Shown here: positions 11,803-21,918 of the stretch, piece by piece | Position numbering within the stretch: the stretch's first letter is position 1 | How the letters are laid out: the number at the start of each line of letters is the position of its first letter | Source of the DNA: Methylorubrum extorquens | GTDB lineage: Bacteria > Pseudomonadota > Alphaproteobacteria > Rhizobiales > Beijerinckiaceae | Assembly (NCBI GenBank): GCA_900234795.1 | Contig: LT962688.1 | Span: 5,550,001-5,582,000 of the forward strand | DNA length: 32,000 nucleotides | Reading direction: 5' to 3' | Notes under the pieces: generated by a model | Seen by the model: only the letters and a program-made list of their open reading frames with translations | Told to the model about the DNA's origin: nothing | Databases searched by the model: none | Program-made: the position numbers and the translations under genes

Positions 11803-13947
11803 ATGACCTTCGAGCCACCCCCCTTCGCCCTGCCGCCCGAGGCGCCCGTTGCCGAGACGCGCCCGCACGTCTTCGAGCTCTTCGGACGGCGCGTCGAAGA
11901 CCCGTTCGCCTGGCTGAAGGCCGAGAACTGGCGCGCGGTGCTGAAGGACCCGTCGGCGCTGGCCCCCGACATCCGCGCCTATCTCGAGGCCGAGAACGCC
12001 TATGCCGAGGCGGCGCTGAGCGGCTCCGCCGACCTGCGCAAAACCCTGGTCGCCGAGATGCGCGGGCGCATCCGCGAGGACGATGCCTCGGTGCCCGAGC
12101 CCGACGGACCCTTTGCCTATTACTCCCGCCACCGCGAGGGCGGGCAGCATCCGCTGATCTGCCGCCGTCCGCGCACCGTCCACCGCATCGCCGAGGAGCC
12201 GGAGGACGGCGAGATCGGCGAGCAGATCCTGCTCGATGGCGACCGGGAGGGGGAAGGGCTCGCCTTCTTCGAGATCGCGGGTGCTGCCCATTCCGATGAT
12301 CACCGCCTGCTCGCCTGGGGCGTCGACACCAAGGGCTCGGAACTCCACACCATCCGCGTGCGCGATCTCGACACCGGCGAGGACCGCCCGGAGCGGGTCG
12401 AATCGACCGCGGGCGAGGCGGTCTGGAACGCGGCCGGCACCGCCTTCTTCTACGTGGCGCTGGACGAGAACCACCGTCCGGCCCGCGTCATGCGCCACCG
12501 CCTCGGCACGGATCAGGCGCAGGACACGACCGTCTACGAGGAGCCCGATCCGGGCTTCTTCGTGAATATCGGCCGCACCCAGTCGGGCACCTATCTCACC
12601 GTCACCGCGAGCGACCACGAGACGGCGGAAGTCCACCTGCTCGACCGCGCCGACGACGAGGGCGCGCTGACCTGCGTCGCGCCCCGCGAGGAGCGGCTGA
12701 TCTACTCGGTCGAGCACTGGGGCTCGTATCTCGTCATCCTGACGAATGCCGACGGCGCGGTGGACTTCAAGATCGTCACATGCCCCCTCGATGCCACGGC
12801 CCGGGAGAACTGGCAGGACGCGGTGCCGTATCGGCCCGGCGTGATGATCCGGCACCTGCACGTGCTCGGCAACCACCTCGTGCGGCTCGAACTGGAGAAC
12901 GCCCTGCCGCGCATCGTCGTGCGCGACATGAAGGGCGAGGAGCACACCGTCTCCTTCGCCGAGGAAGCCTATTCGCTCGGGCTGCTGCCGGGCTACGAGT
13001 TCGAGACGGCGCGCATCCGCTTCAGCTACTCGTCGATGACGACGCCGGCCGAGACCTACGACTACGATTGCGTCACCCGCGCTCGCATCCTGCGCAAGCG
13101 CCAGAGCGTGCCGAGCGGCCACGAGCCTGCCGACTACGTCACCCGTCGCCTGTTCGCGACCGCGCCCGACGGCGAGAGCGTGCCGATCTCGCTGCTGCAC
13201 CGCCGCGGGCTTAGCCTCGACGGCTCGGCGCCGCTGCTGCTCTACGGCTACGGCTCCTACGGCACGCTGATGCCGGCGGGTTTCCGCACCAACCTGCTCA
13301 GCCTCGTCGATCGCGGCTTCGTCTACGCCATCGCCCATGTCCGCGGCGGCACCGAGAAGGGGTGGAACTGGTATCTCGAGGGCAAGCGCGAGAAGAAGCC
13401 CAACACCTTCACCGATTTCGTCGCCTGCGGCCGGGCGCTGATCGAGGCGGGCTACACGAAGCAGGGGCGCATCGTCGCCCATGGCGGCAGCGCGGGCGGC
13501 ATGCTGATGGGGGCGGCCGCCAACCTCGCGCCGGAGCTGTTCGCCGGCATCGTCGCCGACGTGCCCTTCGTCGATGTGCTCAACACCATGCTCGACGCGG
13601 ATCTGCCGCTGACGCCGCCGGAATGGCCCGAATGGGGCAACCCGGCCGACAGCGAGGAGGCCTTCAAGACGATCCTGTCCTACTCGCCCTACGACAACGT
13701 CGCCGCCAAGGCCTATCCGGCGATCTTCGCGCTCGGCGGCCTCACCGACCCGCGCGTGACCTATTGGGAGCCCGCCAAATGGGTGGCGCGGCTGCGCGCC
13801 ACCATGACCGGCGGTGGCCCGGTCCTCATGAAGATCAACATGGAGGCCGGGCATGGCGGTGCCGCCGGGCGGTTCGACCGCCTGGAGGAGGTCGGCCTGA
13901 TCTACGCCTTCGCGCTGATGGCGGCACGCGCGGCCAAGCGAGTCTGA
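11803..13947 (+). CDS. ptrB: S9A prolyl oligopeptidase family serine protease (oligopeptidase B / protease II-like), 714 aa
   Basis: N-terminal beta-propeller region (VEDPFAWLKAENWRAVLKDP..IRAYLEAENAYAE). C-terminal alpha/beta hydrolase domain with nucleophile motif AHGGSAGGMLMG, plus later Asp and EAGHGG. Start at ATG 11803. Confidence 0.88.
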   Translation: MTFEPPPFALPPEAPVAETRPHVFELFGRRVEDPFAWLKAENWRAVLKDPSALAPDIRAYLEAENAYAEAALSGSADLRKTLVAEMRGRIREDDASVPEPDGPFAYYSRHREGGQHPLICRRPRTVHRIAEEPEDGEIGEQILLDGDREGEGLAFFEIAGAAHSDDHRLLAWGVDTKGSELHTIRVRDLDTGEDRPERVESTAGEAVWNAAGTAFFYVALDENHRPARVMRHRLGTDQAQDTTVYEEPDPGFFVNIGRTQSGTYLTVTASDHETAEVHLLDRADDEGALTCVAPREERLIYSVEHWGSYLVILTNADGAVDFKIVTCPLDATARENWQDAVPYRPGVMIRHLHVLGNHLVRLELENALPRIVVRDMKGEEHTVSFAEEAYSLGLLPGYEFETARIRFSYSSMTTPAETYDYDCVTRARILRKRQSVPSGHEPADYVTRRLFATAPDGESVPISLLHRRGLSLDGSAPLLLYGYGSYGTLMPAGFRTNLLSLVDRGFVYAIAHVRGGTEKGWNWYLEGKREKKPNTFTDFVACGRALIEAGYTKQGRIVAHGGSAGGMLMGAAANLAPELFAGIVADVPFVDVLNTMLDADLPLTPPEWPEWGNPADSEEAFKTILSYSPYDNVAAKAYPAIFALGGLTDPRVTYWEPAKWVARLRATMTGGGPVLMKINMEAGHGGAAGRFDRLEEVGLIYAFALMAARAAKRV

Positions 13948-13958
13948 CGCCGATCACC

Positions 13959-13986
13959 GCCGGCCGCGACATGCTGCGCGGCCGGC
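13959..13986 (+). terminator. Perfect 10-bp GC hairpin just downstream of ptrB; no U-tract
   Basis: GCCGGCCGCG (13959-13968) and CGCGGCCGGC (13977-13986) with an 8-nt loop. A second palindrome (CGCTTCG..CGAAGCG, 13986-14010) follows. Confidence 0.4.
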
Positions 13987-14100
13987 GCTTCGACAAAGCT
14001 TCGCGAAGCGGGCAGAACAAAGCCCGTGGCTTTGCTATGCTGGTTCGACGAAAAATAAGTTCAAAATAATAATCAAGCACGACGCCCAGGGAGAAACACG

Positions 14101-14532
14101 ATGAAGCATCTCGCGATCGCCACCGCGATTCTGTTCGCATGGCCGCTCGCCGCTGGGGCCGAGGCGCCGGCCGCGTCCGACACCGTCAAGACCAGCCCTG
14201 AGGCCGCCAGCCCCGCTCCGGACGCTGCCCCGAAGGCGCCGCAGACCGCGCAGGAGCGCCAGGAGGCGAATGCCGCCAAGCTCGCCGGGCTCGTCCGCTT
14301 CGTCGGCGAATCCTGCAAGGAGGCGCAGCCCGATTACGAGCGGTTCAAGGCGGTGGTCTCCGCCATGGGCGTCGATCTCGACGCGATCTCGAAGGGCGAG
14401 TTGCTCATGCGCAGCATGGGCTACACCGAAGCATACCGGAAGAACGTCGATGAGAGCTGCCGCAAGGCGGAGGAGATGTTCGGCGAGAAGGGCAAGGCAA
14501 TCCCCGGCCTCGTCCTGCGCAAGGCTTCGTAA
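14101..14532 (+). CDS. Small exported protein, 143 aa (possibly the alphaproteobacterial TIGR02301-type family)
   Basis: Signal peptide MKHLAIATAILFAWPLAAGAEA, an Ala/Pro-rich linker, then a two-Cys domain (LVRFVGESCKEAQPDYERFKAVV..NVDESCRKAEEMF). SD GGGAGA precedes the ATG, with an AT-rich promoter-like tract upstream. The family call is from memory only. Confidence 0.7.
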   Translation: MKHLAIATAILFAWPLAAGAEAPAASDTVKTSPEAASPAPDAAPKAPQTAQERQEANAAKLAGLVRFVGESCKEAQPDYERFKAVVSAMGVDLDAISKGELLMRSMGYTEAYRKNVDESCRKAEEMFGEKGKAIPGLVLRKAS

Positions 14533-14647
14533 CGACGGTTCGTCCTTAAGCGCCCGTTCACTGCGCTGGGCGAGAGTGCCGGCACGAGTGGCGTTCGGCG
14601 CCCGGCCTCCGAAGGCCGGCCGCCGGTGAGGGCGGGCGTTTCGGGCG

Positions 14648-17600
14648 ATGGGGGGACGGGCCGGTCAGGCAAAGCGGCGTCCGGGCAGGGCTCTCCTGCG
14701 CGCCGGCTTCGCCGTCGGCCTCTGCGCCGTGGCCTCGGCGGCGGAGGCGGCCCGACTCGTCTCGGCCAAGGGCGCCCAGCCGCCGGAGGGCTTCGGCCGC
14801 ATCGTCCTGACCTTCGACGAGCCGGTCTCCGTCAAAGCCCGGCTGTCGGGCGCGATCCTCGTGCTCAATTTCGGCGAGGCGGTGGGGTCCGGCCCCGAGC
14901 GGATCGCGGCGGGGATGCCGGACTACGTCACCGTGGTGCGGCGCGACCCCGACGGCTCGGCCCTGCGCCTCGCCCTGCAGCGGCCCTACCGCGTCAACGT
15001 GCAGGATGCCGGCGAGCAGGTCTTCATCGATCTCCTGCCGGAGAGCTGGAACGGCTTCCTGCCGCCGCTTCCCACCGAGGTTGTCGCCGACCTCGCCCGC
15101 CGGGCTGCCGCCGCCGAGGCCAGCCTGAAGGCGCGCAACCCGGCCCCGGTGCCGCGTCCGCTCACCCTCGAACTCGCCCGCACCGATGCCCGCACCCGGC
15201 TCTCCCTGCGCCTGCCGGTGGGCTCCGAGGCCGCCTTCGCCCCGGACGGCACCGGCACGCGCCTGACGCTGCCGGGGGCGTGGCGCCTCGACGACCACGC
15301 CCTCCGCGGCCGGCTCGACCCGAATCTCGGCCGTGTCACGGTCGAGACGGAATCCGGCGAGGCACGGATCGTCGCGAGTCCGGCGGAGGGGGTGACACTC
15401 TCCACCTTGCGCGACGAAGATGTCGTGGCGATCGATTTCGTCACCAAGCCGAAGTCGCCCGAGAACGCGACCTCACCCGCTTCGCCTGCCGGAGCCTCGG
15501 CAGTGGCGGCGAAGGAGGCGCCGAAAGAAGCCGCGCGTCCCGCTGCATCGAGCGCCGACGCATCGCCGCGGGCCGCCGCGCCGCCCGTGCTGTCGCGCAA
15601 GGCGGGCTCGGGCCTCGTCTTCCCCTTTGCCAAGCGTGTGCCGGCGGCGTTGTTCGAGCGCGGCGGGATCGTCACCCTCGTCTTCGCCACGACCGAAGCG
15701 GTCGCCGTCCCGCCGCCCGGTGCCACCGGGCTCATCGCCCTCACGCCGCCGCTGAGGAGCGGCGGCTTCACCATCCTTCGCTTCACCGCGCCCGCGGGAC
15801 GGCTCGTCGATCTTCTGCCCGTCACGGAGCCCGCCGGATGGGAGCTGGCGACCGGCGAGGGTCTCGCCCCGAGCGAGAGAGCCTGACCGCGCAGCGCGCC
15901 CCGACGGCTCAGGGCCGGCTCGGCGTCACCGTGCGGTTGCCTCAGGCCGGCCCGGCCGGCTGGCTCGATCTCGACGGCGAGCGCATCGCCGTCGTCACCA
16001 CCGACGGCAGCCGCCCTGCCGGCGTGGTCAAGGCGCAGCGCTTCGTCGAGTTCGAGCTGATTCCGAGCCGGCTCGGCCTCGCCGTTCTCGCCAACGCCGA
16101 CGACCTCATCGTGCGGCCGGACCTCGACGGCGTGACGATCGGCCGTGAGGGCGCGAGAGAGGGCGCACGGGAAGGCCGCGACGGCGGGCTCTCCGTGTCG
16201 GGCATCTCCCGCCCCGCCGATCCGCCCGTGGGCGCGGTCACGGAACTCGCGGTCGATCGCGACGCCTGGGAGCGGGCGCAGCGCGGCGATGTGCGCGCGA
16301 CGCTGCGGGAGGGGACTCGCCGCCGCCGTCGAGGCCCATCGCCGCGACCGCGGCGGCGCCCGCCTCGGTCTCGCCCGGGCGATGATGGCCAACGATCTCG
16401 ACGTGGAGGCGCTCGGTGCGCTGACCGCCGCCGCCGCCGAGGATGTGGTCATCGACGGCGATCGGCAGACGGCGCTGATGCGCGGCATCCTGCTTGCCCG
16501 GATCGGGCGGGCCGAAGAGGCGCGCAAACTCCTCTCCGACGAGCGGCTCGCCACCAATCCGGAAGCCCGGCTCTGGCGCGGCTACGCCGATGCCCTGGTT
16601 GGCCGGTGGAACGAGGCAGCCGTTGCGCTGCGTGCCGGCGAATCGGTCTTGGAGCGCTACCCCGAACCCATCGCGTCGCTGTTTCACACCGCCGCCGCCG
16701 AGGCCGCGGTCGAGACCGGCGATTGGGAAGCGGTCACGCGCGAATCGATTGCCGCCACCCGTGCCGCCACCGATTACACCCGCGATCGGCTGACCTTGCT
16801 GCGGGCGAAGATGGACGAGGCGACCGGCCGCGGCGCGGCGGCGCTGGCGGCCTACGAGACGCTGCGGAACCAAGCGCCTTGGCCGCTGGCGGCGGAGGCC
16901 ACCCTGCGTGCGGCCTCCCTCGGCCACACCCTCGGCAAGACGGCCCTGCCCGAGGCGATCGATCAGTTGGAGGTTCTGGCTCTGACCTGGCACGGCGGCC
17001 CGACCGAGATCGGGACGCTGGGCGCTCTCGGCGCCCTTTACGAAGAGGCCGGGCGCTGGCGCAAGATCTTCACCACCGCCCGCCGCGCCAACGCGCTCAG
17101 CCCCGAGGCGCCGATCGCCCGCGCCTTGCACGAGCGGGCCCTGGCTGTGTTCGAGGATCTGTTCCTGGGCGCACGCGGCGAGCGGCTCGGCGGCGTCGAG
17201 GCGCTGGCGCTGTATTTCGACTTCAAGGATTTCGCGCCCGCTGGCCGGCGCGCCGACGAAATCGTGCGGCGCCTCGCCGACCGCCTCGTGGCCCTCGATC
17301 TGCTCGAGTCCGCGGACGAATTGCTGCAGTACCAGATCGATCACCGGCTGGAGGGCACGGCCCGCTCCTCGGTCTCGGCGCGGCTCGCCACGATCCGGCT
17401 GATGGAGGGCAAGCCGCTCCAGGCACTCCAGACGCTCGACGCGACCCATCTGCCCGAACTGCCCGAGGACGTGCGCCGCGCTCGCGCGATGCTGCGCGCC
17501 CGCGCCCTGTCGGACCTCTCCCGCACCGATCTCGCCCTGGAGACCGTCGAGGGCGAGACCGGCGCCGATGCCGAGCGGCTGCGGGCGGATATCCTGTGGG

Positions 17601-18001
17601 CGGCCCGGCGCTGGCGCGAGGCGGGCGAGGCGCACGAGATGATCCTCGGGCCGGCATGGCGCTCCGGGAAGCCGCTTGACGACGCCGCACGGGCCGACGT
17701 GATCCGCGCCGGCATCGCCTACGGGCTGGCGGGCGAATCCCTCGGGCTCGAACGGCTGAAGGCGAAGTTCGCTGGGCCGATGGCCGAGAGCGCGGATGCC
17801 CGCACCTTCGCAATGCTGACGCGGCCGGATGCGCCCCGCTCCGCTGCCTTCCGCGATGCAGCCCTGCGGGCGACCAAGGCTGAGACGCTTGCCGCCTTCC
17901 TCTCGGAGTACCGCAAGCGCTACCCCGACAGCGCCGTGCCGGAACCCGGCAGTGCCGCGACGGGCAACCGCGCCGAGGCGCCGTCCCCGCCGCCGGGCTG
18001 A
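14648..18001 (+). pseudogene. Large exported AMIN-like / TPR-like protein (about 1117 aa if contiguous), read in three frame segments because of two compensating frameshifts (or assembly indels)
   Basis: Segment 1 (14648 to about 15883): signal peptide MGGRAGQAKRRPGRALLRAGFAVGLCAVASAAEA and an AMIN-like beta region, ending at TGA 15884-15886. Segment 2 (about 15884 to 16313), in the frame of track ORF 14626..17679: LTAQRAPTAQGRLGVTVRLPQAGPAGWLDLDGERIAVVTTDG..AVTELAVDRDAWERAQRGDVRATLREG. It has high GC3 and protein-like composition, while the original frame has a stop at 16058-16060. Segment 3 (about 16314 to 18001), back in the original frame: LAAAVEAH..ARIGRAEEARKLL.. and helical repeats to the end. 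Confidence 0.65.
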
Positions 18002-18004
18002 GGG

Positions 18005-18406
18005 TCAGACGCGACCGCGGCCGCGCTGCGCGTCGATGCTCCACGGGCCGGGGCCGGCGAAGGCGATGTAGAGGAAGACGAAGCAGAAGAGGATCGCCGC
18101 GTCACCGCCGTTCAGGGCCGGGAAGAAGCTCTTGGGGGCGTGGGCGATGAAATAGGCGAAGGCCATCTGGCCGGAGAGGATGAAGGCCACCGGCCGGCTG
18201 AACAGCCCGACCACCAGCAGTGCGCCGCCGACGAGTTCGAGCAGGCCGGCGATGCCCGGCAGCGACAGCAGCGGCGGGTTCATCGAGCTGGCTGGAAAGC
18301 CGAGGATCTTCTGCGTCCCGTGGGCCATGAAGATCAGCGCCGAGACGATTCGCAGGATGCTCAGCATCCGCGGGGCCCAGTGCGTGGTGGTGGTCGTCAG
18401 ATCCAT
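18005..18406 (-). CDS. doxX: DoxX-family inner-membrane protein, 133 aa
   Basis: MLSILRIVSALIFMAHGTQKILGFP..LPGIAGLLELVGGALLVVGLFSRPVAFILSGQMAFAYF..AILFCFVFLYIAFAGPGPWSID matches the typical DoxX pattern. Confidence 0.88.
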   Translation of the reverse strand: MDLTTTTTHWAPRMLSILRIVSALIFMAHGTQKILGFPASSMNPPLLSLPGIAGLLELVGGALLVVGLFSRPVAFILSGQMAFAYFIAHAPKSFFPALNGGDAAILFCFVFLYIAFAGPGPWSIDAQRGRGRV

Positions 18407-18462
18407 GCGTCGGCGTCCTCGTTACGCGGCCGCCACAACCTCGAATCGTATCGTGACGGGCC

Positions 18463-19224
18463 TCAGCTTCCGTAGCTCTGAATCAGGGAGCCCGCCACCA
18501 GCGTCCAACCGTCGACCAGAACGAAGAAGATCAGCTTGAACGGCAGCGCGACCGTGGCCGGCGGCAGCATCATCATGCCCATCGCCATCAGCACCGAGGC
18601 GACGACGAGGTCGATGATGAGGAAGGGGATGAACAGGAGAAAGCCGATCTCGAAGGCGCGCCGCAGCTCGGAGATCATGAAGGCGGGAGTGACGATCTCC
18701 AGGCCGATCGCCTCAGGGCCCGCCGGGGCCGGCTGGCGCGCCATGTCGAGGAACAGCTTGAGGTCCTTCTCGCGCACGTTGCGCAACATGAAGGTCTTGA
18801 ACGGCGCCGAGGCCCGCTCGAACGCTTGGGACTGGCTGATCTGGCCCGCCATCAGCGGCTCGACGCCGGTCCGGTAGGCCTCCCGCGCCGTCGGCGCCAT
18901 CACGAAGGCGGTCAGGAACAGGGCCAGACTCACCATCACCGTGTTGGGTGGCGCGGTCTGCGTACCGAGCGCCGAGCGCAGGATCGACAGCACAACGACG
19001 ATCCGGGTGAACGAGGTCGCCATCACCAGCACGGAGGGCGCGAGCGCCAGGACCGTGATCAGCGCGACGAGCTGCAGCGCCCGTTCCGTGGTGCCGCCCG
19101 CACCGAGATCGAGGGTGACGCTTTGCGCCCACGCCGCGCCCGAGCCAGCCGCCAGCAGCAGCGCGGCCAGGAGAAGCGTCAGGGGGAGGGATCGCGGCAC
19201 GGGCCGGCTGGGGGAAGGGGTCAT
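18463..19224 (-). CDS. fliP: Flagellar type III export apparatus protein FliP, 253 aa
   Basis: Signal peptide MTPSPSRPVPRSLPLTLLLAALLLAAGSGAAWA, then LVALITVLALAPSVLVMATSFTRIVVVLSILRSALGTQTAPPN..VTPAFMISELRRAFEIGFLLFIPFLIIDLVVASVLMAMGMMMLPP..PFKLIFFVLVDGW. This is the highly conserved FliP/SctR family. The start was chosen at the internal ATG (complement of 19222-19224). Confidence 0.92.
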   Translation of the reverse strand: MTPSPSRPVPRSLPLTLLLAALLLAAGSGAAWAQSVTLDLGAGGTTERALQLVALITVLALAPSVLVMATSFTRIVVVLSILRSALGTQTAPPNTVMVSLALFLTAFVMAPTAREAYRTGVEPLMAGQISQSQAFERASAPFKTFMLRNVREKDLKLFLDMARQPAPAGPEAIGLEIVTPAFMISELRRAFEIGFLLFIPFLIIDLVVASVLMAMGMMMLPPATVALPFKLIFFVLVDGWTLVAGSLIQSYGS

Positions 19225-19291
19225 TGCGGGCCGCACCCTGCGGCGTGACGCCGACGCGCACAAGCGACGCGACGACACGCTGCCGGTGGGA

Positions 19292-20122
19292 TCACAGATC
19301 GCCGACGACGCCCGCCTCGTCCTGGGCCTGAAGCACCGCCGGGCGGGGCATCGAGATGATGTTGTAGCCCGAATCGACGAAGTGGATCTCGCCGGTCACG
19401 CCGCCCGAAAGGTCCGACAGCAGGTAGAGCGCGGAGTTGCCGACATCGTCCAGCGTCACCGTGCGCCGAAGCGGCGCATGCGCCTTCTGGTGATTGTACA
19501 TCAGCCGCGCATCGGCGATGCCGGCGCCGGCCAGCGTGCGCATCGGGCCGGCCGACAGGGCGTTGACGCGGATGCCGTCGGGGCCGAGGTCGCTGGCGAG
19601 ATAACGGACGGACGCTTCGAGCGCGGCCTTGGCCACGCCCATCACGTTGTAGTTCGGCATTACCCGGGTCGAACCGGCATAGGTCAGCGTCAGCAGCGCG
19701 CCGCCCCGCGGCATCCGGGCGGCGGCGCGTTGGGCGATCTCGGTGAAGGAGAAGCAGGAGATCGTCATGGTCCGCGAAAAGTTCGCGCGGGTCGTGACGT
19801 CGACGTAGCGGCCCTTGAGCTGCGCCTTGTCGGAAAAGCCGATGGCATGGACGATGAAGTCGATCCCGTCGGGGAAGCGCTCATCGAGGGTGGCGAAGGC
19901 GGCATCGACGGTCGCGAGATCCTCGACGTCGCAGGGCAGCACGATATCGGAGCCGACCGAGGCCGCGAGCGGGGTGACGCGGCGCCCGAGCGCCTCGCCC
20001 TGATAGGTGAAGGCGAGTTCGGCGCCGTGCCGGTGCAGGGTCTTGGCGATGCCCCACGCGATCGAATGATCGTTGGCGACCCCCATGATGAGGCCGCGCT
20101 TGCCCGCCATCAAACCCGTCAT
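19292..20122 (-). CDS. fabI: Enoyl-ACP reductase (NADH) FabI, 276 aa
   Basis: MTGLMAGKRGLIMGVANDHSIAWGIAKTLHRHGAELAFTYQGE..VHAIGFSDK..TYAGSTRVMPNYNVMGVAKAALEASVRYLA..IRVNALSAGP is the canonical FabI SDR with the Y-x6-K catalytic motif. Confidence 0.93.
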   Translation of the reverse strand: MTGLMAGKRGLIMGVANDHSIAWGIAKTLHRHGAELAFTYQGEALGRRVTPLAASVGSDIVLPCDVEDLATVDAAFATLDERFPDGIDFIVHAIGFSDKAQLKGRYVDVTTRANFSRTMTISCFSFTEIAQRAAARMPRGGALLTLTYAGSTRVMPNYNVMGVAKAALEASVRYLASDLGPDGIRVNALSAGPMRTLAGAGIADARLMYNHQKAHAPLRRTVTLDDVGNSALYLLSDLSGGVTGEIHFVDSGYNIISMPRPAVLQAQDEAGVVGDL

Positions 20123-20255
20123 TCTCAAATCCGTACGCGTATCGGCCCGGCGCCGCAGCGCCCTCATCCCGGCTTAGCCCGGCGGGCGAGGGCCTGTCCA
20201 CGCGCGGGGCCGCCTTGCACCCTGGGCGACGGGAAATGGCATGAGGAAGCCGGCA

Positions 20256-20288
20256 TGAAAAAGCCCCGGCGCGGATGCGACGGGGCTG
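20256..20288 (-). terminator. Rho-independent terminator on the minus strand, downstream of the 39-aa ORF / fabB
   Basis: The minus strand reads AGCCCCG-TCGCATCCGCGC-CGGGGCT followed by TTTTTC. Plus-strand stem arms are 20262-20268 and 20281-20287, and the A5 run is 20257-20261. Confidence 0.65.
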
Positions 20289-20321
20289 GACGGGGGCTCA
20301 GATGGGGCGGGCAGCCGGCGC

Positions 20322-20441
20322 TCAGAAGTAGCCGCGGGTCCCGGTCTGCGCGTCCTCGATCAAGGTCTGCTTGGCGCGCACCGCCACGCCGGCCGCAATC
20401 GCCAAGCTGGAGACGGTGAACAGAGCGAGGAGGACGATCAT
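20322..20441 (-). CDS. Unlisted 39-aa single-pass membrane micro-protein (hypothetical)
   Basis: Hand translation gives MIVLLALFTVSSLAIAAGVAVRAKQTLIEDAQTGTRGYF*. It is below the track length cut-off. GC3 is strongly biased (atc gtc ctc ctc gct ctg ttc acc gtc tcc agc ..). There is one hydrophobic helix with a polar tail, followed 34 nt later by the intrinsic terminator. Confidence 0.5.
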   Translation of the reverse strand: MIVLLALFTVSSLAIAAGVAVRAKQTLIEDAQTGTRGYF

Positions 20442-20594
20442 GGTGTTACCTGCCTATCGAAGCAGGAACGCGAAGACAACTGGTCGGTTCCCCCAATTCA
20501 TCAGCCTATAGCTAGGCTTATGCTTGGTCCGTCTTCTCGCAGATGCGAGAAAATCTATGCTGCACGGCAAGGCGCCGCGCAGCGGTTCCGTCCC

Positions 20595-21821
20595 TTATGC
20601 GTCGGGGTGCTTGAGCACGAGCGTCGCGTTGGTGCCGCCGAAGCCGAACGAGTTCGACATCACGTGGCCGAGTTGCGCCCCGTCCCGGCGCTGACGCAGG
20701 ATCGGCATGTCGGCGAAGGCCGGGTCGAGTTCCTCGATATGCGCGCTCTCGCAGATGAAACTGTTGTTCATCATCAGCAACGCGTAGATCGCCTCCTGCA
20801 CGCCGGTCGCACCGAGCGAATGCCCGGTCAGCGACTTGGTGGCCGAGATCGGCGGGCACGCATCGCCGGCGCCGAACACCGTACGGATCGCCTCGATCTC
20901 CTTGTCGTCGCCGACCGGCGTCGAGGTGGCGTGCGGGTTGATGTAGTCGATCTTGACGCCCTTCAGGTCTTCCATGGCCTGGCGCATGCACCGCACCGCA
21001 CCCTCGCCGGAGGGGGCCACCATGTCGTGCCCGTCGGAGGTAGCGCCGTAGCCCGCGACCTCGCCGTAGATCCGCGCACCGCGGGCCTTGGCGTGCTCGT
21101 ATTCCTCCAGCACCAGCACGCCGGCGCCGCCGGCGATGACGAAGCCGTCGCGATTTACGTCATAGGCGCGCGAGGCGCGGGAAGGGGTCTCGTTGTAGCG
21201 CGAGGACATCGCGCCCATGGCGTCGAACAGGACGGAGAGCGTCCAGTCCAGCTCCTCGCAGCCGCCCGCGAAGATGATGTCCTGCCGGCCGCCGCGAATG
21301 ATCTCGGCGGCGTTGCCGATGCAATGATTCGAGGTCGCGCAGGCCGAGGAGATCGAATAGTTCACGCCGCGGATCTTGAACCATGTCGCCAGCGTGGCCG
21401 ACGCGGTCGAGGACATCGCTTTGGGCACCGCGAACGGGCCGACGCGCTTCGGCCCCTTCTCGCGGGCGATGGCGGCGGATTCGACAATGGTCCGGGTCGA
21501 GGGACCGCCCGAGCCCATGATGATGCCGGTGCGGTCGTCGGAAATCTCCCGCTCCTCGAGACCGGCATCGCGTATCGCCTGATCCATGGCGATGTGGTTC
21601 CAGGCGGTGCCGCCGCCGTGGAAGCGCATGGCGCGGCGATCGACGACGCCCTCGGGATCGATCGTCGGGGCACCCGCCACCTGGCTGCGGAAGCCGTGCG
21701 CGGCCTGCGCCTCGGAGCGGGCGATCCCGGAACGGGCCTCGCGCAGGGAGTCCAGGACCTCCCCGGTATTGTTGCCGATGGACGAGACGATGCCCATCCC
21801 GCTGATGACGACACGCCGCAT
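20595..21821 (-). CDS. fabB: Beta-ketoacyl-ACP synthase I FabB, 408 aa
   Basis: [85 protein letters not shown] shows the KAS I catalytic Cys-His-His motifs. It lies directly downstream of fabA, as in the anaerobic unsaturated fatty acid pathway. Confidence 0.93.
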   Translation of the reverse strand: MRRVVISGMGIVSSIGNNTGEVLDSLREARSGIARSEAQAAHGFRSQVAGAPTIDPEGVVDRRAMRFHGGGTAWNHIAMDQAIRDAGLEEREISDDRTGIIMGSGGPSTRTIVESAAIAREKGPKRVGPFAVPKAMSSTASATLATWFKIRGVNYSISSACATSNHCIGNAAEIIRGGRQDIIFAGGCEELDWTLSVLFDAMGAMSSRYNETPSRASRAYDVNRDGFVIAGGAGVLVLEEYEHAKARGARIYGEVAGYGATSDGHDMVAPSGEGAVRCMRQAMEDLKGVKIDYINPHATSTPVGDDKEIEAIRTVFGAGDACPPISATKSLTGHSLGATGVQEAIYALLMMNNSFICESAHIEELDPAFADMPILRQRRDGAQLGHVMSNSFGFGGTNATLVLKHPDA

Positions 21822-21918
21822 GATGGCTCGTGCTGCTGACGCCGCGGCTGGTGCGGCGTTTCCTCGGGGGTCAGTTAGGATGATGCGCGGCCAATCTCAA
21901 CCGCGCTTCGCGCGCTCG

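Noticed and set aside
11656-13854. 732-aa minus-strand ORF
   Set aside because: Antisense to the oligopeptidase B gene, whose plus-strand translation carries clear S9 family motifs. The composition is junk-like.
14626-17679. 1017-aa plus-strand ORF
   Set aside because: Only its about 15884-16313 portion reads like protein, and that is the middle segment of the frameshifted AMIN/TPR gene. The rest is Arg/Pro/Gly-rich alternate-frame noise. The minus-strand ORFs 14986..16557 and 16238..17635 are antisense shadows.
20533-20551. TTCTCGC-AGAT-GCGAGAA hairpin downstream of fabB as a terminator
   Set aside because: On the transcribed (minus) strand the T-run precedes the stem and none follows it, so it does not fit an intrinsic terminator. 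The convincing terminator is at 20256-20288.
20520-21839. 439-aa plus-strand ORF
   Set aside because: Antisense to fabB, which has unambiguous KAS I motifs on the minus strand.
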